A DNA stretch of 46,569 nt from Reclinomonas americana ATCC 50394 (lineage: Eukaryota). The DNA is taken from NCBI GenBank assembly GCA_048213135.1, contig PS015361.1, positions 46,524 to 93,092 on the forward strand. Reading direction: 5' to 3'. The translations under genes and the position numbers were made by a program. The notes under the pieces were generated by a model, which did not search any database, had not been told where the DNA came from, and was given only the letters and a program-made list of their open reading frames with translations. The stretch's first letter is position 1. Each line of letters opens with the position of its first letter. Positions 1-12,537 of this stretch are shown here, in pieces.

Positions 1-1
1 C

Positions 2-508
2 GGTGCGGCGGCGGCGGCGGCCGAGAATTTGCAGGTGGCACGCGGGGATCCTGTGCGTCGCGCGTCGGTGACCAGCGTCAGCATGATACCGACGACGCAG
101 GGCTCGTTTTATGGGACGCAGAGCGACATGACCCCGGAGGGCATGCTGTCGCGCATGCAGTCCATGGTCACGTTTGCGCACGGGCAGGGGGCGCCGGCGG
201 GCGCGCTGCTGGACCCGCTGAGCCGCGGGTCTTCGTTTGCGAGTGGGCCGCCGTCTGCGCTGCTGTACTCGCAGCAACAGGTGGGTGGGCCGCTGTCGCC
301 GACCACGCCCACCAAGGGCGCGCCGCTGAGTGCCGGTCACGAGGTGATCCCGATGGTGTCGATGACCACGGCCGGCACGCGACCGGTGCCCGTGGTGCCG
401 CCATTACCGCTGCACGAGCTCAATAAGCCGCGGCCGCAAAAGCAGCATCGACGGGACGATAGTAAGATTGTTTTGCCGCCACCGGGCGTCGACACGCCCA
501 TCTTGTAG
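2..508 (+). CDS. 3' end of a Pro/Ser/Ala-rich hypothetical protein (starts upstream of window)
   Basis: Frame open from the window start to TAG 506-508, GC-rich codons, followed by an AT-rich 3' UTR. No recognisable domain. Confidence 0.5.
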   Translation, partial: GAAAAAAENLQVARGDPVRRASVTSVSMIPTTQGSFYGTQSDMTPEGMLSRMQSMVTFAHGQGAPAGALLDPLSRGSSFASGPPSALLYSQQQVGGPLSPTTPTKGAPLSAGHEVIPMVSMTTAGTRPVPVVPPLPLHELNKPRPQKQHRRDDSKIVLPPPGVDTPIL

Positions 509-620
509 TTAATACCCTCCACCCAATTAATGTAATCGTTTTTTCACCATCTCGTTCAGTATTTTTCCCTCTCATCATCCCGAGAGTGACGCAAAATAAA
601 AAAGAACAAAACACAGAGTG

Positions 621-712
621 CTACGACGGCGGCGCGTAGGTCGAGACGCCAGTTGCCGGATTGTAGTAGTAGACGCGTCCTTGCGCGTCGTAGTAGGCTT
701 GCCAGGCGGTCG
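621..712 (-). other. Terminal exon encoding a WW domain (second Trp replaced by Tyr)
   Basis: After intron 777-713 (GTTGCGT...TGCAG) the frame reads W-x2-YYDAQGRVYYYNPATGVSTY-x2-P, matching the WW consensus GRxYYYNxxTxxSxWxxP. Confidence 0.8.
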
Positions 713-3700
713 CTGCACTCGAAAAAGTAAGGATGCGGGAAAAAGAATGAGAAGAGGAGCGTGCTAGGTGACGCAACGTTGTGGCGCTGCTGGCTGCGGG
801 GCATAGGTCGGGTACGCATACTGGGAAGCGGGAGGCGCGTACTGGGAAGCGGGAGGTGCGTACGGAGCATACTGCTGTTGCTGAGGTGGAGCATACTGCT
901 GTTGCTGCGGCGGGGCATATTGTTGTTGTTGAGGTGGAGCATATTGCTGTTGCGGCGGAGCATATTGCTGCTGCTGCTGTTGTTGTTGTTGTGCGTACGC
1001 CGCAGCGGTGACGGCGGCGGCAGACTGGGTGTAGGCGCTCGCGTAGCCGGATGGCGGCATGTACGCTTGACCGGCGGGCAACGTGTAGGGCGACGCTGAC
1101 GCCGGCAGTGTCGTGGCGACGGGCGCCGCGGCTGGCGGTAGCGTGGCGGTGGAGGCGGTGGTGGCGGGCGCGGCAGCGACAACCACTGGAGCGGCTGGAT
1201 TGTAGGCGGGCGGCGGTGGAGCGGACACCACTGGAGCGGCTGGATTGTAGGCTGGTGCCGGAGCAGCAGCCGGGAGTGTGGCGGCAGTGGCTGCAGGGAC
1301 GGCGGTGGTCAGAGAGGGGGAACTAATGAGTGACACACACATGCACTGGAGAAAGTGTGGAAAAAACGCACCAGTGACTGGCTGGCCCGCCGCTAATGTG
1401 GAAATGTACGGCGAAATGTACGAGTTGCCGAGAGAGGCTGGTGTGACAAAACGCATCGGCGTCAAGCCACTACTCGGGTCGGTCGATGCGGCCGCCGGCG
1501 CGGGGGAAGGCTGCCGTGGGGCGACCGTGGCTGTTGGCGACGATGATCGAGCACCCGGTGCGGCCAGGAAGCTGCCGCCAGTGGCCGGAGCCGGAGCCCA
1601 CATGGCGTACGATCCGGAGCCTGCAGTGGAGCTGGAACCGGAGCCGGAGCCGGAGCCGGACCGAGGGGCGGCCGGTGCAGCAGGCCCGCCGGCGGTCGCC
1701 GTCGGGGCGACCATGGGAACGGCAGCGGCAACAGGAGCGGCCCACATGGAAGCTGGCGCGGCGGAGACCGCCGTGGTAGTCGTCGTCGTCGTCGTCATTG
1801 GTGGCGGCATCATCGCCTGCACAGGCGCACTGACGACCACCGGGGCACTTTCGTTGAACATTGGCGGCGGCGGCGGCGCAGCAACGGCGACCGGAAGGCC
1901 AGTGGCAGTGGCCACAGGGGCGGAGACCGGCGTGCTGCACGTGGTGTGAGAATCGTGCTGGTGGACGAAAAGTGTGAGAGAGAGGGGACACACCTGGCAG
2001 CTCGCTGCGACGGCGCCTGCACCAGAATCGGCGTGTTCGCCGGTGAGTGGGTGGGCGGCGGTGGCAGCCAGTCGCGTGGTGCCTCCGGGGCAGCCTGCAT
2101 GCATACAAGGGCAGTATGAGGTCCGGTCGAAGCGAGTACGCCAAGGGAAAAGGGAACGGGACATACACACCGAAGCTACTGACGATTGCGAATCGGTGGC
2201 AATGGTTCTCGTTGGCTCCGCGCCTGCAGCAACAGACACTGCGACGTCAGATGGTGAGTGTGGGAGCGGAGAAGTGCAGACGCGCAGTTTCATACGGAAC
2301 TTTGTGCAAATGCCGCAGTCGCAGGTGCAATACCTGCGCAACACTGTCAGAAGAATAAGAAGGACGAGTCATCTCTGCATAAAATACCACGCAACTCTCG
2401 GGTGCCTGGACGACGCGCATCGGGGTCGGTGCTGCCGGTGCCACAGCGGCCTCGATGTAATCCATGTACTGCAGTCGAGGAGCGAATACGTCCGACGGTT
2501 TGATGTGCTGTGCGACGCGCATCGTGAGACAATGGCACACCGGCAGCACATTAGCGCAATCAAGTGCGTCACCGTGGTACAAATCGGGTGCGTGACGAAA
2601 ATCTGCACTCACACAGAAGGAGTGAGTGATTGACGCGAGGACAGAGAGAAAGAATGCGAGAAACACAGGTCGCAGCAAGCGCAACTGGGAGCTCCATGTG
2701 CACTTTCCGCTTCTTCTTGTTGCGCTTTTCGACCTCCACGTCCGCAAACACAAAGTAGGCAATGCGCACGAGGACGCCGCGGATACACGGTGGCGTCTGT
2801 GCCGGAATCTCCAGCGACATGACCAGTGCGTCGGCATCAAAGTTGCCACTGGTGAGAACCGTGGTCTCGTCCGTGGTCTTGCCGTGCGCACGAAGCGTCT
2901 TGGTGCGCACCAGCGTCGCTGCCACATTCAACAGCACTGCACGCAACAAGCCACAGGTGAGGGCGCTGTGCCCGAGACAAGGAGCGTGAAAGGCAAGCAG
3001 AACGCAACTGGCATCCGTCGACACGGTAAACGACACCACATCGCCAGCAAACTGCACCTGCCGCTCCGCTTGCAGCCTACGGAGTGTGAGTCGAACGCAC
3101 CCAGCGACAACGACAGAGGAGCATAACGCAACGACACCGAGTACGTCTTCTTCGTGACGGTCTTCACCACCGGCTGGAAAAACGCCTCGTCCTCCGACAA
3201 CAAACACTTTTGCAGCACAAACAGCGCCGCCCCGTCCTCAAACGCATCCGGCTGGCTCGCCGCACTGGCCACCGCAAAGTACGCCGAGGCCTGTGCCCAC
3301 ACTTTGCATCAACAACTCGCCCTCTTGCACGCAGACGACTGGCGTGTAAGGTAACCTGTCGCTTGGCGGCCACACATCGCACTCGGATCTCATATTGAAT
3401 GTAGCCGGCCGAGTACGTGACCGTCGACACGGCATCGTCTTGCAGGTAGCATGAGAATGGCAGTTTGTACACTCCCGGTGCCATGACACAGCAACCAGTC
3501 GCCGCATCGCGACCTGCAAGTGAGTGAGAAATCAAAGAAAAGGAACAATTGCAACACTGGTGCAGACTGAGAATGCGGAACTTTGCACCATGTGATCGGG
3601 AATGATGAGGTTGCTGTCCTCTTGCGTCACCTCCGATGTCTCTGTGTGGCAGAGGCTTGCTGAGCAACTGCACACAGAGACAGAGAGAGAGAGAGAGAGA

Positions 3701-4004
3701 CAGGCGCAGAACGTACCCTTGTGCGACTCGTCGAGCTTGACCAACTCTTTGCCAAAGACGCGCACACGCAGCAACGCAATCGCACGCTCCTCTGCCAGCT
3801 CCAGTGTCACAGTGCCAGTCACCACTACAACACACACGCGCGTGTGTGTGAGAGCGGGCGAGAGACACAGACACACACACACATGAGCGCGCAACTGCTT
3901 CCAGTGACGACAATGCCTCGTCCAGGCACCTCAATGTGCACTGCACTCTCGCGCGGGATGTTGACAGCAGCTGCAGCAGCTGCAGCAGCAGTGGGCGCCC
4001 ACAT
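621..4004 (-). CDS. Alpha-arrestin-like protein with Pro/Ala/Gln-rich tail, PPxY motif and C-terminal WW domain (multi-exon)
   Basis: Spliced arrestin-N-like segments VTGTVTLELAEERAIALLRVRVFGKE and GVYKLPFSCYL..STVTYSAGYIQYEIRVR; arrestin-C-like LEIPAQTPPCIRGVLVRIAYFVFADVEV..MELP; PPAY motif; last exon 712-621 gives PTAWQAYYDAQGRVYYYNPATGVSTYAPPS*. ATG at 4004, stop at 621-623. Confidence 0.8.
830..990 (-). repeat. Coding tandem repeats (YAPPQQQ[Q]) x4, (YAPPASQ) x2 and poly-Q
   Basis: Imperfect 21-24 nt units visible directly in the sequence and in ORF 764..2344. Confidence 0.85.
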
Positions 4005-4084
4005 CGATGTTTAATTAAAGACAAAAGAGACACAACTTGGCGAATTTGCATACGAGCTTCCTTCGTTGCTTTGTTTGTGTGTCA

Positions 4085-5250
4085 ATGGCAACGCAAGCAA
4101 CGAGTAACAACAGTGGTGGAAGTGCTATAGGCCGACTGGTGCCCATTGCATGCTCCATTGCAGTGGCCGGAGCAAGCTTCTTTATGATCAAGATCACCGA
4201 CGCTGTTTCGTGTTCTCTCTTTCGTTGCGCGTGTCGTGTGTGTTTTTTTCTCATGTGCAAAGCAGCTTCTTTGGTACACTGGAGGACCGGGTCAGCGATG
4301 CGCGTCGGAGTTGATTGAGGAGGTGGAAGATGAGTTCTTTCATGCGAGTTCCGCGCGGCGACGAGTCTACATGCAGCGCTTGATTGCGGCTCCGCGAAGT
4401 GCACCACCGCCACAGGCAGCAGCTCCTCCTCCTCCTCCACCACAACCTCAACAACAACAGCAGCAACAAGTTCTCTTTCAACCCAGGCTCAGTTGCGTTT
4501 CTTTGTTGCTGTCCGCGTGATGTTGTTGTCAGTCGTGCTCACTCTCTGTCGTTTTACACAGTGGATGTGCCGTTTCGTGTGATCGTTTGTCTCTCTTTGT
4601 TCTGCACACGTTGATCTTGTTGTTGTTGTTGTTGGCGACAGTGAGCATCTTGCGGAGCATGTCAATCGTTTGTTGCAAGTGTGGAGTCGTTGCGTTCTGT
4701 TTGTTGTCTTTGGTGTGTTGTGTGGCGAGAGTGCTCATCTGTGTGTGTGGAATGTGGCGTAGAGGTCATGGGGATCAGTTGCGTCTGCGTTGTTGATTGT
4801 GGTTGTCGACGAGGCTGTCACTGATTGCTTCTCGTTTCTGTGTGGCCAGACTTGCATGATTTGCCTGTTGCGTGCCTCTTTTGTGTTGTCTTTTTGATGA
4901 TGCGTGGTGGATGCTCATGGCTGGTGTGCGAGTAGATTCGCGGAGAGGCCCTCGACGGCAATCGAATCGACCAGCACACTGCAATTCAAGTGTGTCGGAC
5001 CGCGAATGATCTGCTTGCTTCCGACGGTTCCGGCGACATGTTTCGTGTTTTCTTGCACGCACCGGTCGTCCATCTGCTTGCTGACTCCTTCATCCACAGT
5101 TGTGCCGTTTGCTTGGACCCGTATAACATCGACGAGCGACTACGAGTGCTTCCGTGTCATCACCGCTTCCATGTTGCGTGCATCGATGCGTGGCTCCAGC
5201 GCAACAGTCTGTGCCCCACATGCCGCCACGACGTCCTGGTTCCTGCGTGA
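4085..5250 (+). CDS. RING-H2 E3 ubiquitin ligase with N-terminal hydrophobic segment; 8 exons including microexons
   Basis: Last exon CAVCLDPY..LPCHHRFHVACIDAWL..CPTCR is a C3H2C3 RING-H2. The frame closes through exons 4562-4571, 4642-4667, 4763-4777, 4850-4866, 4936-5039 and 5100-5250. Confidence 0.85.
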
Positions 5251-5406
5251 GCCAAGTACACCCACCCCGTCGTGACACTATGCTTGGTGTCTTTCTTTTT
5301 ACAGGAGCGACTTGTGGCGGCACTAGAGAACTCTTATCTACACACGCCAACACGATAGACTGACTGTACACACACACACGCACACACACACACTTAACGC
5401 CGTGTC

Positions 5407-8400
5407 TCAGCGGCGACCGGATGACTTCGGCACCGCTGCAGGCGACGAGCGAGTACCGGCTCCACGCACGAGTGGTGGTGACACCGACCGCGTACCGCCG
5501 CGAGTCGGGGACGTGCGCTTGTGTTCGGGTGAGTCGGCTTTGGTCTTGCGTGGTGCAAGACCCACTGGAGTGGTACCCGGCGGCATCACCCGGTGCGAAA
5601 CCTTGCGCGGCTGTGTCGCACGGTGGACGGTAAACACCGACTGCACAGGAAGAGTTGGGGAGTGAGACGAGAGCCGCAATCGCACACACTCACAGAAGAG
5701 GAGAGAGAGAGAGAGAGCAAAATTCGATCTCACCGACTCGGGCGAGCGTTGCGAACGTCGGTGCACCATCTCGTGCATCTGGGCCACCTGGTCGATGAGG
5801 TCNNNNNNNNNNNNNNNNNNNNNNNNNNNNNNNNNNNNNNNNNNNNNNNNNNNNNNNNNNNNNNNNNNNNNNNNNNNNNNNNNNNNNNNNNNNNNNNNNN
5901 NNNNNNNNNNNNNNNNNNNNNNNNNNNNNNNNNNNNNNNNNNNNNNNNNNNNNNNNNNNNNNNNNNNNNNNNNNNNNNNNNNNNNNNNNNNNNNNNNNNN
6001 NNNNNNNNNNNNNNNNNNNNNNNNNNNNNNNNNNNNNNNNNNNNNNNNNNNNNNNNNNNNNNNNNNNNNNNNNNNNNNNNNNNNNNNNNNNNNNNNNNNN
6101 NNNNNNNNNNNNGTCGACGGTCGGAATATTGAGGTCGGGCATCTCCTCGAGATCGCCATTTGCCGCCACGGCTGCTGCCGACAGTGGCGCACCGGACTCA
6201 CTCTTGCGGTCACTGGGCGAACGAGCCGCCGAACCGACGCCACCGTCGCGCGGCGAGTGTGGTCGAGTGTGCGTGCGCGAGCCGGGAGCCGAGAGTGTGG
6301 TTGGGGCCAGACGCGGTGCATCGAGATACGCAGATCCGTTGGCCAGGTCGGCGCGCGTCAGCTGTGCCACGAATAAGCAACACGAGCACACGTCATCGAC
6401 ACGAGAAAGACTCGTACCTTGCGCAGATATGAAGTGCGCTGCTGCGGACGTGCCACGAGTTCACCGGGTGGACTGTCTGATGTCGGTGCCACGGCGACTG
6501 GGACACCGGCCGGGCTTGACACATAAAGTGACTGCGGATGTGTGTGAAGTGAGTGAGTGAACCATCGACTACCAAGTGTGGGCGCAACGAGGGAGTGAGC
6601 GTACCAGGAGATTGCGCGACTCGTTGAGGCGGACATCGCGTTCCGGGCTGGAGCTGTGCTGACTGCCGGTGGCGACGGCGGTGGGTGGCGAGGAGCGGCG
6701 ATTGCGCAGTGTGCGTTGCGCAGCCTCCATCATGGGATCGCGTGGGGATGTGGGCGCCGAGGTTGCCGACTTGGTGCCGGCACCGACGGTCAGATAGGTT
6801 GGCGAACGAGGTGCGCTTCGCGCCGCTGGCGATCCAGCAGGTGGCGGCACCGGCACCAACGGTGCTGCTGCTGTCGCGGCTGCTGTTGTCGCCGACACGC
6901 GGAGCTGAGGAGACTTGGCAAGTGGCTCGAGAATGGAGCTCATGGCCTGCGCTGCACCACGCGGCGACGACGGCGCGGTGATGGAGGGCCGGCGTGCGTG
7001 CAACGGCGACGCAGAATCGAGGCGGAAGCGCACCGACGGGCTCACGCGATGTGGAGGTTGAGGTGGTGAGCCAGCTGCCACTGGCGACAGGTGATCGCCC
7101 GTCGCACTGCTCCGCAGGCGATTTTGTGCTGCGGCCGACAGCGACGATGACGGAAGTGGTTCAAGTCGCGGTGTGCCTGGTCGAGGCTGCGGCAGCGCGA
7201 CCGGTGAAACATGGCTTTCATCGGAGAGGAGGTTGGTGAGCGTGCTGAGGCGGGGAAAGAGCAGAGGGTGCTGGCAAACGCAACATGGTTGTTGGCGACG
7301 ATGCCGTCACATCAACCGAGAGCGGCGGGAGGCGACGGGGAGTCGGCGGTCGCACAGGAGGCAACACAGTGGTTGTTGCCGTCGTGGCTATTGTCGGTTG
7401 TGGTGGCGGTGGCGAGCCAGACGACAATTCTGTGACACACTCACTGAGTACTGGACGCGCACTGAGATGGACGTGCCGACACGTGAGAGACTTACCCTTG
7501 GCTTTCTGAACGGCCGACACCATTTTCTGCACGAGACTGGAGGGTCGGTTGCGGCCGGGTGATGGCGGTTGGCTCATCGAGCTGCTTCGTCTGGCCACGC
7601 GTTTCTGCAGCTGCTGCTGCAGTTGCTCAATGCCCTGCACACACACATTTTTGTTGAGATGAACACGCGTTTCACCACTTCGTCGGTCACACTCACTCAC
7701 CTCACGAGTGTCGAGCATCGCCATCACAGCAGAACGCGCAATGCCACTGGCGGTGGGCGCCGCCACCGACGACACCTTGTCGCGATCCGGAGTCTCCGGA
7801 AGCCGCAACTGCGGCACCTGCACGGGTGAGTTCGGCAATTGCGCCAACGGGGCCGCCAGATTCAGGTGCCCGATGATCACAGTCGAGAACAGCTCGCCCA
7901 GCGAACCCCTGCGTGCATTCACAACAGGGAGTGAGACGCATGACGTGGGGGAACGCCGAGTTACACCCTCTTGCCACCACGAAACTTGCCACCAAAGAGG
8001 ACCAGCTGCGGCAGCGGGCCAACGGTGATCACACAGGCGTGCTTGGAGCGCGGAGTAATGGCGTCAGAATCACGACGAGTCCACGGCTCTGCCGCAGGTG
8101 GCGCATCGCGATTTGCTGCCGCCATGGCGTGGTCCTCCAGGGCGTCTACCACAAGCGGAAGAACACGCAGTGAGCTCGCGACCCGCAGTGCCTTCGAAGA
8201 GCGCAGGCAACGCACCGGCATTGGCCACCCAGCAGTCGCCGAGAGCATCTTGCCGATGATTGATGCCTCCAATGACGACAAGGATGCGGCCGAAAGACGA
8301 CAGAGTCATGAACGAGCGCGGGCAAATCTGCTCCTGCACTCCCAGAAACGTCCACACGTTGGTGGTGGTGTCGTACACAAACAGCTCGTTGCTGTACTTG

Positions 8401-9339
8401 CTCTGCTGGTCACAAAAGCCACCAAAGAGGAACAGACCTGAGCACCAGGGTCAGACACACGCACCGATGAGTACGCCTGTCAGTGCGAGGACGACGCAAC
8501 GAGTGCCGACCGCAGTCATGGCATGACCGCACCGTGGCGATGGAACCTGTCCCTTCGGCTGCAACAGCGTGTACTCGTGGTCGCGCAAGTCAAACGAGCA
8601 CATGCTGTCGGTGGCGCGCACGGAGCCATCAAACACTTGCTGATTGCCGCCAAACACATACACGGTGGTGCCAACACGCGCACAGGCGGCCTCGTAGCGA
8701 CCTCGGAAAGTCGGAGGCATGCGCACGCGCTCAAAGTGCCCCGAGCCGTCACCCTTGTGCTTGTACCACTTGCGTTGCAGGCGCAAGCAGTACACATTGT
8801 GCAGACTGCAACCAACAAAAGACGTCAGCTACCGACGCGAACACACGGCTGCGTTGTGACAGAGCGCAACATGTTCCCCGACGCGTCGAGTCCAGAGAAG
8901 AGATACACGTGGGCGCCAGAGGAGAACGCCAAGTGGTCGGTGCGACACAGCGGGTTCGCCACACCACCCGAACCCATCATGAGCGACGCCAGTGCCGGCG
9001 ACGAGTTGAGCGCCACCGCCGCTATCACAAGGACACAAATGAACAGGAGTCAGCACTCTACATATGGTGTCTCACTCCTTCGTAACGCTCACCGGCACTC
9101 GGGGCCTCCCAGGTGGTCGGCGGACGCGCCCATTCTCCCGATCCCGGCAGCTGAATGACACCAAAGCCTCCGTCGAGTGCCGCCGACGACTTGGACTGTC
9201 GACTCCATCCTCCACACACCAACACACCACTCTCCGTGGCAGTCACTGTGGCGACGAGTGTGTGTGAGAGAGGGAGTGTGTATGGTTTGACTGCATCAAT
9301 GTGTTCGCAACTCGTGTGACCGACGCGTCCACTCAGCGA

Positions 9340-9372
<33 letters not shown>

Positions 9373-9585
9373 GAGTGAGTGTTCTGTGGAGCAAGAGAGC
9401 ACAGTGTGTGTGAGGGAGAGGCGCACCTCATTGTATGGCACAAAGGGAGCAGCGATAATGGCAGTGGTGACTGCTGAAGGCGACGAGGCCGACGCGTGAG
9501 ACTCGCGCGGTGGTGACGGAGGCCTCTTTTGCTCTGCCGCAGTGTGCGACTCCTCCACGGAGAGCACCTCAAATGTCAAGTCCAT
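5407..9585 (-). CDS. Kelch-repeat protein with long low-complexity Ser/Pro-rich C-terminus
   Basis: Kelch-like blades RVGHTMT..VLVCGG, RTDHLAF..YLFSG, RYEAACA..VYVFGG, PSPRCGHAM, PRSFMTL..VVIGG. Spans N gap 5803-6112; the 3' end is less certain. Confidence 0.75.
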
Positions 9586-9693
9586 GAGGTAACACACACG
9601 CAGCGCGACTAATGTTGTTGATTGAACCGAGAGCTGCTGAGATGATGCCCAAATTTGGTGAAAGTGTCTACACAATGCCATTCATTGTCTTCT

Positions 9694-12537
9694 TCATGTC
9701 GCGTCGTCGCCGGCACCGGCGAGGGCACGGGCACGAGCTTCCCACATGGGTACTTCGTCGTCGCGACCGGCACGGCGGAGCACCAGCACGAGATTGCTGT
9801 AGGCCAGTGCGAAACCGGGCCACAAGCGGATGGCTTCCATGTAGTCTGCAGCGAGAGAGAGAGAGAGGTGTGTCATTCTCTGAGATTTGTACCGAGACGC
9901 GCCTTGCCATGTACTTACCATTGATGGCTTCTGTGAACTGGCTGAGGGCGGTATATGCATTCTGTGCAAAAAGGCAATGCGTTAAGAATCTCAATGTCAG
10001 CAAAAAAAATCGCGATTGCCAAGAGCACGCACTCCGCCTGCGAAACAACACAACGACAAACGGTGAGGGAATCGCCGGTGCAGCAGAAACAAGCGAAGAA
10101 ACGAGCGAAGGGAAAAACGGCCGCCCCCAAGAGGACGCACGATTCTGCAGGGAGAATCGCAAGTCAGCAAACAACGTTCCGCACCGGGCCATAGCATCTG
10201 TATTCATATATTCCACCCGACTCCGCGACGCAACATTCAGCGCTGTCCAGTTGTTCGCGTCCAACGCCAGTGCTCTTGTGCAGTCGTCTCTGTTATTTTG
10301 CACACAACATGCGATTCGCACGTAACAACAACCGGTCAGCGGACATGCACACGCAAAAGACAGGGGGACGCTGCCGTGCTGACCTCGCTCCCATGTAGTC
10401 TCGCATGCAGTACAACGAATCGCCGTGCGCCACCCACGCCATGGAGCACTCGGGGTCCAACCACAATGCGTGCTCCGAGTCCCGCAAGCCTGCGGCAACG
10501 ACGGCGGTGTCAGGCTGTGCAGAACAACACACATGCAGCTGAATGGAGGTCACCATCGTCGATGCGTCGACACCGATTGTGACTTCTCGCTCGCCCGCAC
10601 CACGCCAGCACAAGTCGTGGATCCAGTTCAATGGCCTCGTCTGTTGTTGCCGGAGAACATATGCATCACCATCAGGAGGAGATCGACAGGCAGACAAAAG
10701 GTGAATGAAACAAGGCGACGCAACCGTACAGACGGGTGGCTTCCGCGAAATTACGATCGCGATACATGGTGTCGGCATCGCGCAACTTGCGCAGTGCTCG
10801 CGATCGCCGAGCACTCGCTGCATGCGTCTCCAATGTCAACATCGACCAGCAAACAAGGGAGGTCAGTGCTGCAGATCCCTTTGCGAACCTCTAGAAAACA
10901 CTTGTGCACCACGGGCAAGCACCGTCGACATTGGTAATGCCAGCGCCATGTTGGCGACTCGTCCCGAAATGTCGGCCTTGATCAGCTCGTCTTGAATCGC
11001 CGCGTCCGCTGTGACCGACGAAGTCCCAATGTGTGTGATGAGCTGCGGGTGATGCACGAGCACATCCGACGGACGCACCTTCAGAGACCGCCAGCAGCAC
11101 CTGCAACATTTCTTCGACCCAGTCGATGCGAGGGATGCTGGCCGCCGACTCCAACCAACTCAGCGTCAGTGGCACCATGCACAGGTACCGGAAGGCGCCG
11201 CTATTGCCGCGATGATCTGCGACAGCATAAAGAGGGGTAAGTGTGAGTGGGAAGCAGACACTCACTCGCAACTCTAACACCAACGCACCGGTCACCGCAT
11301 TGCGGAGCGTCCGCAGCAGTGCAAGCGAGAGCATGTCCTCGCCGGTCCGTGACACCTCGCTCACCGCCAACGGCAACATGGCTTCACCCAACAACGAGAA
11401 GCGGTGGCACAAGCAGCGGAGCAGAACACGCAGACCCTCGCAGTCGTGAAACGCATCCTGATTCCGCACACAACCTGCAAAGACCAGTGAGCGATTTCAG
11501 TCCGTGCACAACTCTCTCGTTCACGTCCCGCAGACGAACCGGCCATGGCGTTCCCGATGCAGCCGAGCAGACATGAGGCAAGGAACGTCGGTGTTGACTC
11601 GCTGACCGCGCGAATCAGCAACGACATGCCGTCGCAGTCGGCCAGTTCATGCTTGCTTTCGGAGCATTCTGTTTCCCACACGCGCAATCAGCGTCTTCAC
11701 CACACACACCACACGCAAAGGGACGCGCACCACACAAAAGAGCCCAGAGCGCAGCAGCCGCACGCTCACGGATCACAAGCGGCACCGACGACGGCGACGC
11801 AATCTGCATCAACAGGAGACTCACGGCTCCCTGCTGTGCGGCCAATCGTCGCTGCGCCGGGTTCACTGTACGCGCACAGAGAACAGATCAGCTACAAACA
11901 ACAGAGCATGGCGGTCCACACACGTACACGCACACACATACCATGCAACAGATCCGACAGCGTCGCCAGCGCCTCGACCAGCACCGACTCATCGACACAG
12001 ACACCACGCAACACACCCAACAACTGCGACAAGACCACCACCTGCTGCTGCCCAACAACCACCACATCCACCGTCGGCGTGGTGCTGACCGCCCGCTCAT
12101 CCACCGCAACCACATTCCTCCGCGACACTTCTTCCACGGCGACCACCACCACCTCCTCCACTTCCTCCACTACATCATCATCGTCTTCGACCTCTGCCAA
12201 TTCCCGCTTGGCGCACCACGGCGCACCACTCGGAGCGATCTTGGATCGCGTTATCAGTGGTGGCGGTGGTGGTGGTGAAGATGAGAGAGGAGGAAGCAGT
12301 GGAGGCTGCGCGCGTGCTCTCCTAACGCGTTGTGCTGGTGGTCGACGCGGTGCGATCGGCGAGTATGAATGCAGCGGACCGGCCACGGAAGAGGAGGACG
12401 AGGACGACGAGGAAGAGGAGGACCGCGATGCTGGCGCGTCGCGATTCGCTGTGTACGTGAGAGTGAGAGAGTGAGAGTATGTAAGTGTCAGTGACTAAAA
12501 GCGAGCGCGCTTTCGGCGATGAGAATGACGCACCCAT
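9694..12537 (-). CDS. Armadillo-repeat plus C-terminal TPR protein
   Basis: ARM-like helices (NPAQRRLAAQQGAVSLLL, ERAAAALWAL, NQDAFHDCEGLRVLL) and TPRs (RLYDEAIELDPRLVLAWCGRA, DSEHALWLDPECSMAWVAHGD, DYMEAIRLWPGFALAYSNL). First coding exon appears to be ATGG then a GTGCGT intron. Stop at 9694-9696. Confidence 0.75.

Noticed and set aside
830-990. Short spaced repeats resembling a CRISPR array
   Set aside because: They are in-frame peptide repeats (YAPPQQQQ) in a eukaryotic exon, with no unique spacers and no cas genes.
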